Assembly (NCBI GenBank): GCA_964371055.1
Contig: CAYJLF010000002.1
Location: 202,453 to 266,452 of the forward strand
Reading direction: 5' to 3'
From: an uncultured bacterium
GTDB taxonomy: Bacteria > Eisenbacteria > RBG-16-71-46 > CAIMUX01
DNA: 64,000 bases
Positions within the stretch are counted from its first letter, which is position 1, and every line of letters starts with the position of its first letter. Shown here piece after piece: positions 39,416 to 46,865 of the stretch. The position numbers and the translations under genes were made by a program. Under the pieces are notes generated by a model. It made no database searches and was not told where the DNA came from. It saw nothing but the letters and a program-made list of their open reading frames with translations.

Positions 39416-39943
39416 ATGCCTGATCGGATCGTGCACACCGGGCGCTATCTGCGCTTTGTCGTCCGCGATGGGTGGGAGTTCACCCAGCGGATCGGGATCA
39501 GCGGAATCGTCGGGATCGTGGCGGTCACAGACGACGGGCGGTTGCTGCTGGTCGAGCAGTACCGCCCGCCCCTGGGCGCCCGGGTGCTCGAGCTTCCCGC
39601 GGGGCTGGTCGGGGACGAGCCGGGCGGGGAGTCCGAAGGTCTCATCGAGGGGGCACGGCGCGAGCTCCTCGAGGAGACCGGCTACGCGGCCCGAGAGTGG
39701 TCGGTGCTGGCGTCAGGCCCGGCTTCCCCCGGTTCCTCGGGCGAGATCATGACCCTGGTCCTGGCGACGGGACTGGCACGCCTGGGATCGGGTGGCGGCA
39801 CCGTGGGGGAGTCGCTGGTGGTTCACGAGGTGCCGTTGGGGACGGCCGAGGCCTGGCTGGCGGCCCGGGAGGGCGACGGGACGCTGGTCGACCTGAAGGT
39901 ACACGCCGGGCTGCTGTTCGCCCGGAGGTCGTGGAGAGCTTAG
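39416..39943 (+). CDS. NUDIX hydrolase (ADP-ribose pyrophosphatase-like)
   Basis: Nudix box GGESEGLIEGARRELLEETGY (GX5EX7REUXEEXGU). Confidence 0.75.
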   Translation: MPDRIVHTGRYLRFVVRDGWEFTQRIGISGIVGIVAVTDDGRLLLVEQYRPPLGARVLELPAGLVGDEPGGESEGLIEGARRELLEETGYAAREWSVLASGPASPGSSGEIMTLVLATGLARLGSGGGTVGESLVVHEVPLGTAEAWLAAREGDGTLVDLKVHAGLLFARRSWRA

Positions 39944-39955
39944 GAGGTTAAACAC

Positions 39956-39982
39956 GAGGCCCCGCCACAGGGACGGGGCCTC
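39956..39982. terminator. 9-bp GC stem-loop between the convergent NUDIX gene and paralog-1; the minus-strand side is followed by a GUGUUUAACC tract
   Basis: GAGGCCCCG-ccacaggga-CGGGGCCTC at 39956-39982. Confidence 0.5.
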
Positions 39983-40031
39983 GGACCTAGTTCAGCGGCT
40001 GCGCGCGCAATTGGAACCGGTTCAGCAGAGA

Positions 40032-40706
40032 CTAGCGATAGTTCGCCTTGATGGCTCCCCAGCTCGACTCTTCGACCGGCGTCCCCCCACCAAAGTTGGC
40101 CTTGAACTGCATGACGGCCGTCCGACCATAGTTGGCATCGTAGTCCCAGGCGCCGGCGTACCAGCCCCAGGTGTCGATGCCGTTGTAGTCGACCATGCCC
40201 ATCATGCCGGTGTTGTCGAAGCCCCACCAGAAGCCGTTGCCGTCGGCCAGAACCACACCCTCACCGGTCATATCGATGTAGGTGTAGACGGTCGGCGGGA
40301 ACGTCGTCGGGTCGGTGCACTCAGGAACGAACGGACCGTACATGTCAGCCGTGCTGGCCGCGCCGGGCAGATCCGGGGTCGCCGGAGTCCACACGATCCA
40401 GCCGTAGTCGCCGGTCACAGGGCCGCACACCGGGAAACCGAACTCGACCAGGGTGATGTCCTGACCGCTCAGGTTCTCGTTGTACGTGATGGCCCACTCG
40501 GACCAGCCGGTAGCAGAACCACCCGAAACGGGAACGCAGTCCATGGTGCCGCACGTGCTGTACTCGACATCAGCGCGGATCTGGCTGGGATCGCCGGGGG
40601 TGGCAGGGTTGACGGCGATCGACTCACCCGTCTTGCTGGCCGTAGCCGCGAAGACCGGGGAAGCGACAACCGCCAGAAGGAGCACGAACAGCAATAGCTT
40701 CTTCAT
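40032..40706 (-). CDS. Small secreted Trp/Gly/Cys-rich protein of unknown family, paralog 1 (224 aa)
   Basis: ATG 40706 after AGAGAGGTAG. Signal peptide MKKLLLFVLLLAVVASPVFAATA. Four Cys, about 15 Trp. C-terminal ...SSWGAIKANYR. Confidence 0.7.
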   Translation of the reverse strand: MKKLLLFVLLLAVVASPVFAATASKTGESIAVNPATPGDPSQIRADVEYSTCGTMDCVPVSGGSATGWSEWAITYNENLSGQDITLVEFGFPVCGPVTGDYGWIVWTPATPDLPGAASTADMYGPFVPECTDPTTFPPTVYTYIDMTGEGVVLADGNGFWWGFDNTGMMGMVDYNGIDTWGWYAGAWDYDANYGRTAVMQFKANFGGGTPVEESSWGAIKANYR

Positions 40707-41024
40707 CGTGGTGTCTACCTCTCTTTCTTGAGAAGCCAGCGTCGCTGGAAGGACGCTCCGAGCCTCTGAACTTCAGGCGCTACAAGGATAGCACGAATCG
40801 GGCGGGATCGCAAATCGCCGGCCCGGCATAACTGATTTTGGGGCACAGCGATGGAGGGTCGCCTCGACTCAGGGGGAGATATGGCGCAGGGTGCGCGGGG
40901 CCTCCGGCCGACGGGGCGGTCGCGAACTCATGGCGACCCAGGCGAGCGCCCGGAAAGACGAAGTCGCGGATAACTACTTGTGACTCAAATCACTAGCCTG
41001 GGCAGAGTCGCGACCCAAAAGAAG

Positions 41025-41049
41025 CCGGGGCCCCAGACGGGGGCCCCGG
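41025..41049 (-). terminator. Intrinsic terminator of paralog-2: 10-bp GC stem, 4-nt loop, followed on the minus strand by CUUCUUUUGGG
   Basis: Plus strand CCGGGGCCCC-agac-GGGGGCCCCGG at 41025-41049. On the minus strand this hairpin is immediately followed by the U-rich tract (complement of AAAAGAAG at 41016-41023). Confidence 0.55.
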
Positions 41050-41095
41050 ATCGGGCTCAGCGGTGCGCGCGCACGCGAAACGAGGTCGATCGAGG

Positions 41096-41770
41096 CTACC
41101 GGTAGTTCGCCTTGATGGCTCCCCAGGTGCTCTCCTCGACCGGCGTCCCACCACCGAAGTCGGCCTTGAACTGCATGACGGTCGTCCGGCCGTACGCGCC
41201 ATCGTAGTCCCAGGCGCCGGCATACCAGCCCCAGGTGTCGATGCCGTTGTAGTCGACCATGCCCATCATGCCGGTGTTGTCGAAGCCCCACCAGAAGCCG
41301 TTACCGTCGGCCAGAACCACACCCTCACCCGACATATCGATGTAGGTGTAGACGGTCGGCGGGAAGGTCGTCGGGTCGGTGCACTCAGGAACGAACGGAC
41401 CGTACATATCAGCCGTGCTGGCCGCGCCGGGCAGATCCGGGGTCGCCGGAGTCCAGACGATCCAGCCGTAGTCGCCGGTCACAGGGCCGCACACCGGGAA
41501 GCCGAACTCGACCAGGGTGATGTCCTGGCCGCTCATGTTCTCGTTGTAGGTAATGCCCCACTCGGACCAGCCGGTGGCGGATCCACCCGAAACGGGAACG
41601 CAGTCCATGGTGCCGCACGTGCTGTACTCGACATCAGCGCGGATCTGGCTGGGATCGCCGGGGGTGGACGGGGTGACGGCGATCGACTCGCCGGTCCGGC
41701 TGGCGGTGGCCGCGAAGACCGGGGAAGCGACGATGACCATGAGAAGCGCAAAAGCCATTAGCCTCTTCAT
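41096..41770 (-). CDS. Small secreted Trp/Gly/Cys-rich protein of unknown family, paralog 2 (224 aa)
   Basis: ATG 41770 after AGAGAGGTAG. Signal peptide MKRLMAFALLMVIVASPVFAATA. About 95% identical to paralog 1, with substitutions clustered in the signal peptide. Confidence 0.7.
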   Translation of the reverse strand: MKRLMAFALLMVIVASPVFAATASRTGESIAVTPSTPGDPSQIRADVEYSTCGTMDCVPVSGGSATGWSEWGITYNENMSGQDITLVEFGFPVCGPVTGDYGWIVWTPATPDLPGAASTADMYGPFVPECTDPTTFPPTVYTYIDMSGEGVVLADGNGFWWGFDNTGMMGMVDYNGIDTWGWYAGAWDYDGAYGRTTVMQFKADFGGGTPVEESTWGAIKANYR

Positions 41771-41829
41771 CGTGGTGTCTACCTCTCTTTCTGGTGATGC
41801 CAATCGAGATGCTGGGATGTTCCAAGCCG

Positions 41830-41857
41830 CTGAACCTCAGCTGGATTCACTATAGCA
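41830..41857 (-). promoter_or_regulatory. Candidate extended -10 promoter (TGCTATAGT on the minus strand) plus a CTGA-N3-TCAG palindrome upstream of paralog 2
   Basis: Minus-strand TGCTATAGT = plus 41849-41857. The palindrome CTGAGGTTCAG = plus 41830-41840. The equivalent pair upstream of paralog 1 is CTGAAGTTCAG at 40766-40776 and TGCTATCCT at 40785-40793. Confidence 0.35.
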
Positions 41858-42073
41858 TGAATAGTACGCCAATGACAATTTCAATGTATCATCATGCCAA
41901 ATAAGAAGTTACAACGGAAGGGAGGTGGCGGTGCGGGACCGAAGAAGGGGATTCAGGGCTGAGAACGACGCCAGAGCCGCCCAGAATGCTCCTTTCTCCA
42001 TCCCCCCGCCGCGCTTTGACCGGGCGGCGGGCGCGGCGTAGACTGACCCGCGGCCCGAAAAAAGGAGGAATGC

Positions 42074-43462
42074 ATGGATGCGACCGGTCTCTCCCCGAGC
42101 GAGGTCCCGCTCTCCGGAAACCTGGAGGCCCAGGTCCGGGCCACGAGGACGGACTTCGAGGACGCCTTGCGGACCTTGGTGGAGATCCCGACGGTGAGCA
42201 GCGATCCTAACCGGGCGGGCGACATCGCGCTCGGCGCCGAGACGGCCGTCGATCTGCTCCGCCGCTTCGGGGCGGAAGCGAGAATGGTGGCGACGGGGGG
42301 CCATCCGGCGGTCATCGGGGAGTTTCGCGCCAGTCCGACCGCGCGCACCCTGACGGTCTACAACCACCTCGACGTCCAGCCCGCCACCCCCGAGGAGTGG
42401 AGCTCCGATCCGTTCCAGCTTCGCGTCGAGGGGGATCGGTACTTCGCCCGCGGCGCGACGGACGACAAGGGCCCGGCCCTGACCGCTCTCTTTGCCGCCC
42501 GGCTGGCGCAGCGAGCGGGGGTGCCGCTGAACATCCGCTTCGTCTGGGAGATGGAGGAGGAGATCGGCAGCCCGAACTTCGAGCCGCTTCTCCGCCACTT
42601 CAAAAACGAGCTTCGGACCGACTCGATCCTGGTCTCCGACACGATCTGGGTGGCGAAGGGAAGGCCGGCGATCGACTACGGATTGCGCGGACTGCTGGGA
42701 TTGGTGCTGCGGCTCAAGACGGGGACGAAGGATGTGCATTCGGGCCTGACCGGCGGGGCGGCGCGGAATCCGTTCGCCGAGTTGGTCGATCTTCTCAACC
42801 GCCTCTACGACGTCAAGGCGCACAAGGTGAAGATCCCCGGGTTTTACGAGGACGTGTTGAAGCCATCGAAGGAGGAGATGGAAGGGTTCCTGGCCAGCGG
42901 ATTCTCCGTCGCCAAGTTCCGGGCCGCCCACGGACTGAAGGGGCTGCGCTCCACCGACCCGGAGACCCTGCTGAAGAACATCTGGACGATGCCGACATTC
43001 GAGATCCATGGCTTCGCCGGCGGATACTCCGGTCCCGCGATCAAGACGATCGTTCCACCGATGGCCGAGGTGAAGCTGTCGATGCGCCTGGTCCCGAACC
43101 AGGATCCGAAGAAGATCCTCACCCAGGTGCGGAAGTTCGTCCGTGAGTTGGCGCCGGAGGTGGAGGTCGAGCCGCACGGATTCCTCGAACCGTACCTCGG
43201 CCCGTCGACCGGTCCTTACGCGGATGCGGCGAGCGAGGCGTTCCGCCGCGGTTTCGGCCGCAAGCCCTCCTTCATCCGCGAGGGAGGCTCGATCGGAGCA
43301 GTCGTCTCGATGAACCGCGTCCTGAAGGCGCCGATCCTGCTGATGGGCCTGTCGCTGCCGGAGCACTCGTACCACGGCCCGGACGAGCACTTCGACTGGG
43401 GCCAGGCGTCGGGCGGGATGAAGTCGTTTTTCCATTACTTCGAGAGAGTGGCGCGGATCTGA
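42074..43462 (+). CDS. M20 family metallopeptidase (dipeptidase/ArgE-DapE-CNDP-like)
   Basis: AAAAAGGAGGAATGCATGG start context. M20 metal-binding signatures NHLDVQP...GATDDKG. Full-length M20/M25/M40 architecture. Confidence 0.8.
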   Translation: MDATGLSPSEVPLSGNLEAQVRATRTDFEDALRTLVEIPTVSSDPNRAGDIALGAETAVDLLRRFGAEARMVATGGHPAVIGEFRASPTARTLTVYNHLDVQPATPEEWSSDPFQLRVEGDRYFARGATDDKGPALTALFAARLAQRAGVPLNIRFVWEMEEEIGSPNFEPLLRHFKNELRTDSILVSDTIWVAKGRPAIDYGLRGLLGLVLRLKTGTKDVHSGLTGGAARNPFAELVDLLNRLYDVKAHKVKIPGFYEDVLKPSKEEMEGFLASGFSVAKFRAAHGLKGLRSTDPETLLKNIWTMPTFEIHGFAGGYSGPAIKTIVPPMAEVKLSMRLVPNQDPKKILTQVRKFVRELAPEVEVEPHGFLEPYLGPSTGPYADAASEAFRRGFGRKPSFIREGGSIGAVVSMNRVLKAPILLMGLSLPEHSYHGPDEHFDWGQASGGMKSFFHYFERVARI

Positions 43463-43519
43463 CCAGGGGTGGGGTGCGTCGGCGCGATCCGTCAGCAGAC
43501 GTTCGAGAAGGGGGACTGG

Positions 43520-46231
43520 ATGAGCGGTCGAGAGAGGGTCAATCGCGTCTTTCGGGAGGACCGGATGGTCTGCCGGCACGAGCGCGCCGCGCTGGGACGG
43601 TGGACGGGGAAGGACGAAGAGTCGAGCTACGCGCCCGATCGCACCTGCGACGTCGAGCACCTGCGCCTGGAGTGCGACTTCGACCTCGCGCGGAAGAGGG
43701 TGGAGGCGGTCTGCACGCAGACTCTGCGCGCGGCCTATGGCCCGTTCGACCGCATCATCCTCGACGCACACGACCTGATCGTCCACACCGTGCGGGATGG
43801 AGCGGGGCGCGACCTCCCCTATACCTATCTTGACCGGAAGCTCGCCGTTCGCTTTCCCGAGGCGGTCTCCGACGCTGTCGATCTGGTCATCTCCTACCGG
43901 GTCGAGGATCCGGCCGACGGCCTCTTCTTCCTGGGGCCGGACTCCCACGAGCCGGATGCCCGTCCGCAGGCCTGGAGCCAGAACGAAGACGAGGGGGCGC
44001 GGCACTGGATTCCCTGCCACGATGCGCCGAACGAGCGATTCACCGTCGAGCAGATCGTCACGGCGGACGAGGCCTTCTCGGTGATCGCCAACGGGCGGCT
44101 GGTCTCGTGCGAGTCCCGCCACGGCCGCCGGAGGTGGCACTACCACGAAGGGGTGGCGATCCCGTCCTATCTCCTGTCGGTGGTCATCGGCGACTTCCGC
44201 AAGCTGGAGGACTCCTGGAACGGCATCCCGGTGGAGTACTGGGTCGAGCCGGGGCGCGAGGTGGAGGGGCGCCGCTCTTTCGGCCGGACGCCCGACATGC
44301 TCGAGTTCTTCTCCAAACAGCTCGATTACCCCTACCCGTACGAGAAGTACGCGCAGGTGGCGGTGCGTCACTTCCACTTCGGGGGAATGGAGAATGCCTC
44401 GGCCACCACGCAGTCGGACACCACGCTGCACGACGAGCGGGCCGCGCTCGACTTCACGAGCGATGACCTGGTCTCCCACGAACTGGCCCACCAGTGGTTC
44501 GGCGACCTCATCACCTGCAAGAGCTGGGAGCATGCCTGGCTGAACGAGGGGTTCGCCACCTACTTCGAAGCCTTGTGGAAGGAGTGGGACCTCGGGCGCG
44601 AGGAGTTCGACTATGAGCTGGTGCTGAACGCCGATTCCTACCTGGCCGAGGAGTACCGCCGACCGATCGCGACGTCGAAGTACAGGCATCCTTTCCAGCT
44701 CTTCGACATGCACCTCTACCCGAAGGGGGGCTGGGTGCTGCACATGCTCCGGAGGCAGCTCGGCGACGAGCTCTTCTGGAAGGCGATCCGGCTCTACGTG
44801 AAGCGTCACGCGCACGGCACGGCGGAAACGATCGACCTCGTGCGCTCTTTCGAGGAGGCGAGCGGCCGGAACCTGGCCGGCTTCTTCAGCCAGTGGATCC
44901 ACGCGCCCGGGCATCCCCAGCTCGAGGGGGAAGCTGCGTGGGAGGAGACGAGCGGTTGGGTGAAGGTCACGCTCAAGCAGGCCCAGAAGCGCGACGACGG
45001 CACCCCGCTCTTCCACTTTCCCTTGCGCCTGGAGGCACGCCTCGCGGACGGCGCGGTGATCGGCTCGACCTTTGAGATGCGGAAGGCGGAGCAGTCGTTC
45101 TATCTGCCGCTCCCCGCGAAGCCGCTCTGGATCGCCCTCGATCCGGAGGGAGCGGTCCTCTGCGAAACGAAGGTCAAGATGCCGCTGGAGTGGGCGGAGG
45201 CCGCCCTGACGGGGGACGCCCGGGATGAACGGGTCCTGGCACGGGTCGAGGTGGTGCGGCGACTGGGCCAGGGGGAGGCGGGGGCGAAGGCGACCGCGTT
45301 GCTCCGGCGGGTGCTGCACGAAGACCCCTTCTGGGGGGTGCGGGTCGAGGCGGCGGATGCCCTGGCGAAGTTCCGCACCCCGGCAGCCCTCGCGGCGCTG
45401 GTTTCGGCTACGGGTCTCGAGCATCCGAAGGCGCGTCGAGGCGTGATGACGGCGCTGGGCCGGTTCCGTGATCCGGCCGCGGCCGTGGCGCTGCTCGAGG
45501 TCGCGCAGAACGGTGACCCGAGCTACGCCGTCCAGGCTGCCGCCCTCGTCGCGCTGGGAGAGAGCGGCGGCCCGGCGGTCGCGGCGGAGCTGCGGGAACA
45601 CCTGAAAGAGGCGATGGAGCGGCGCGATTGGCACGATGCGATCGCCCTGGGCGCGGTCCAGGGACTGGCCGCCGCCCGCGACGAAGAGTGCTTCGACCAC
45701 CTGCTGGCGGCGGCGCGCGACCGCAGCCGCTACTGGAACCTCCGCGTCACGGCGGCCCGGTCGCTGGCCTCGATCGGGGCCGCGCGCCCGCAACATGCGG
45801 CCCATCTGGTGGAAGAGCTGCTGCCGCTCCTGGACGATCCGCGGATCCTGATCTCCTGCCGGACGCCGGGAGCTCTGGTCACCCTGGGACACTCCTCCGC
45901 GCTGGCCGCGTTGCGCCGGCGGGGCGAGACCGCGCCGCGGGCCGAGGATCGTGCGGTCTGCCTGGAGGCGGCCGAGGCCCTTTCAGCGAAGCTCGCGAAG
46001 GGCGAAGAGGTCGATCGCCTGCGGGCCGAGACGGAGAAGCTCAGAGAAGAGGTGCGGGAGTTGCGCCAGGCGGTAGATCAGGTGAAGGCGACGCTGCCCG
46101 CGAAGAAGCCTGCGAAGTTGCCGGCGAAGAAGCCCGCGAAGGTGCCGGCCAAGGGAAAGGCCCCCGCCGGGCGGCGGCCCGTCAACTCCACGGCCAGACG
46201 CGGTGGCGCCAGGCGTAGTAAGGGAGCTTGA
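43520..46231 (+). CDS. M1 family aminopeptidase (aminopeptidase N-like) with C-terminal HEAT-repeat region and a KKPAK-repeat basic tail
   Basis: GGMEN exopeptidase motif; HELAHQWFG...WLNEGFATY zinc-binding motif. C-terminal alpha-solenoid repeats (AADALAKFRTPAALAALV..., ALGRFRDPAAAVALL...). Tail PAKKPAKLPAKKPAKVPAKGKAP. A GTG at 43469 is an alternative start. Confidence 0.8.
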   Translation: MSGRERVNRVFREDRMVCRHERAALGRWTGKDEESSYAPDRTCDVEHLRLECDFDLARKRVEAVCTQTLRAAYGPFDRIILDAHDLIVHTVRDGAGRDLPYTYLDRKLAVRFPEAVSDAVDLVISYRVEDPADGLFFLGPDSHEPDARPQAWSQNEDEGARHWIPCHDAPNERFTVEQIVTADEAFSVIANGRLVSCESRHGRRRWHYHEGVAIPSYLLSVVIGDFRKLEDSWNGIPVEYWVEPGREVEGRRSFGRTPDMLEFFSKQLDYPYPYEKYAQVAVRHFHFGGMENASATTQSDTTLHDERAALDFTSDDLVSHELAHQWFGDLITCKSWEHAWLNEGFATYFEALWKEWDLGREEFDYELVLNADSYLAEEYRRPIATSKYRHPFQLFDMHLYPKGGWVLHMLRRQLGDELFWKAIRLYVKRHAHGTAETIDLVRSFEEASGRNLAGFFSQWIHAPGHPQLEGEAAWEETSGWVKVTLKQAQKRDDGTPLFHFPLRLEARLADGAVIGSTFEMRKAEQSFYLPLPAKPLWIALDPEGAVLCETKVKMPLEWAEAALTGDARDERVLARVEVVRRLGQGEAGAKATALLRRVLHEDPFWGVRVEAADALAKFRTPAALAALVSATGLEHPKARRGVMTALGRFRDPAAAVALLEVAQNGDPSYAVQAAALVALGESGGPAVAAELREHLKEAMERRDWHDAIALGAVQGLAAARDEECFDHLLAAARDRSRYWNLRVTAARSLASIGAARPQHAAHLVEELLPLLDDPRILISCRTPGALVTLGHSSALAALRRRGETAPRAEDRAVCLEAAEALSAKLAKGEEVDRLRAETEKLREEVRELRQAVDQVKATLPAKKPAKLPAKKPAKVPAKGKAPAGRRPVNSTARRGGARRSKGA

Positions 46232-46865
46232 TCGACTCGGTCACCACGGCCATGAAATCGCGCTCCCGCGCCCACCACTTGACCGGGCTGTAGGTCGTGC
46301 GCCCAGGCGGGAGGTGGTAGGCGAGGATCTCGACCGGCTCGTTTCGGAAGACATGGCGGAAGGTGGCGCGCGCGCGGCGGGTGTGGAACGGATCGGTCAC
46401 GATCACGATGGACGACCAGCCTCGGGCCCGGGCCTCGCGCAGGGTCAGGTGCGCCTCGTCCCACGTGGAGTAGGCGCCGGTCGCGACGATGACCGAGTCG
46501 GACGGGATCTTCTTCGAGAGGATGATCCGCCGCTTCGCTTCCGCCTGCGTGAGCGAGTCTCCGCCCGTGTAGACCTTGAGCAACGGCTGATCGGGCCCGA
46601 CCAGCAGGATGGCCCGCGCCTGGTGCTGCTTGTAGAGCCCGATCGAGGCATGCAGGCGCTCTCCGTCCCCTCCCGACAGCGCCACGGCGGCGTCGGCGGT
46701 CTCCCACCGATCTTCCACCGTCAGCCACTGTGCATAGGACGTGAGAAGCGGCGGCATGACCAGCCACGCCGCCAGAAGCGCCAACCCGATCGCGGCGAGG
46801 GTGCCAAGACAGCCGCGCAGACAGCCGCCGCCGCAGCCGGTGCAGCCGGGGACGAAGCCGGGCAT
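46182..46865 (-). CDS. DUF218 (YdcF/ElyC/SanA-like) domain protein with Cys-rich N-terminal membrane anchor
   Basis: ATG 46865 overlaps the stop of the upstream beta-helix gene (TGATG). N-terminus MPGFVPGCTGCGGGCLRGCLGTLAAIGLALLAAWLV. DUF218 core ILLVGPDQ...VIVTDPFHTRRA. Confidence 0.7.
   Translation of the reverse strand: MPGFVPGCTGCGGGCLRGCLGTLAAIGLALLAAWLVMPPLLTSYAQWLTVEDRWETADAAVALSGGDGERLHASIGLYKQHQARAILLVGPDQPLLKVYTGGDSLTQAEAKRRIILSKKIPSDSVIVATGAYSTWDEAHLTLREARARGWSSIVIVTDPFHTRRARATFRHVFRNEPVEILAYHLPPGRTTYSPVKWWARERDFMAVVTESIKLPYYAWRHRVWPWS

Larger units (their letters stand above)
40020..41880 (-). repeat. Two direct-repeat copies (~0.78 kb each, 40020-40800 and 41084-41870) of a cassette: promoter, small secreted-protein gene, hairpin terminator
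   Basis: Nucleotide similarity begins at the stop codons (CTAGCGATAGTTCGCCTTGATGGCTCCCCA vs CTACCGGTAGTTCGCCTTGATGGCTCCCCA), runs through the CDS and ~100 nt of 5' leader. The encoded proteins are ~95% identical. Confidence 0.8.

Noticed and set aside
40032-41770. Considered whether the two near-identical paralogs are a diversity-generating retroelement template/variable-repeat pair.
   Set aside because: No reverse transcriptase or accessory gene is nearby. The protein-level differences (K/R, N/T, A/S, L/M and similar) are scattered and conservative rather than adenine-targeted, and the repeats are full-length genes rather than ~100-150 bp TR/VR segments.
46790-46865. Cys-rich N-terminus of the YdcF-like protein (CTGCGGGCLRGC) as a possible metal-binding or RiPP-like motif.
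   Set aside because: It is encoded by a GC-rich repetitive stretch (gcagccg repeats) immediately before a TM anchor and is more simply a lipidation/anchor or low-complexity segment. There is no adjacent modifying enzyme.
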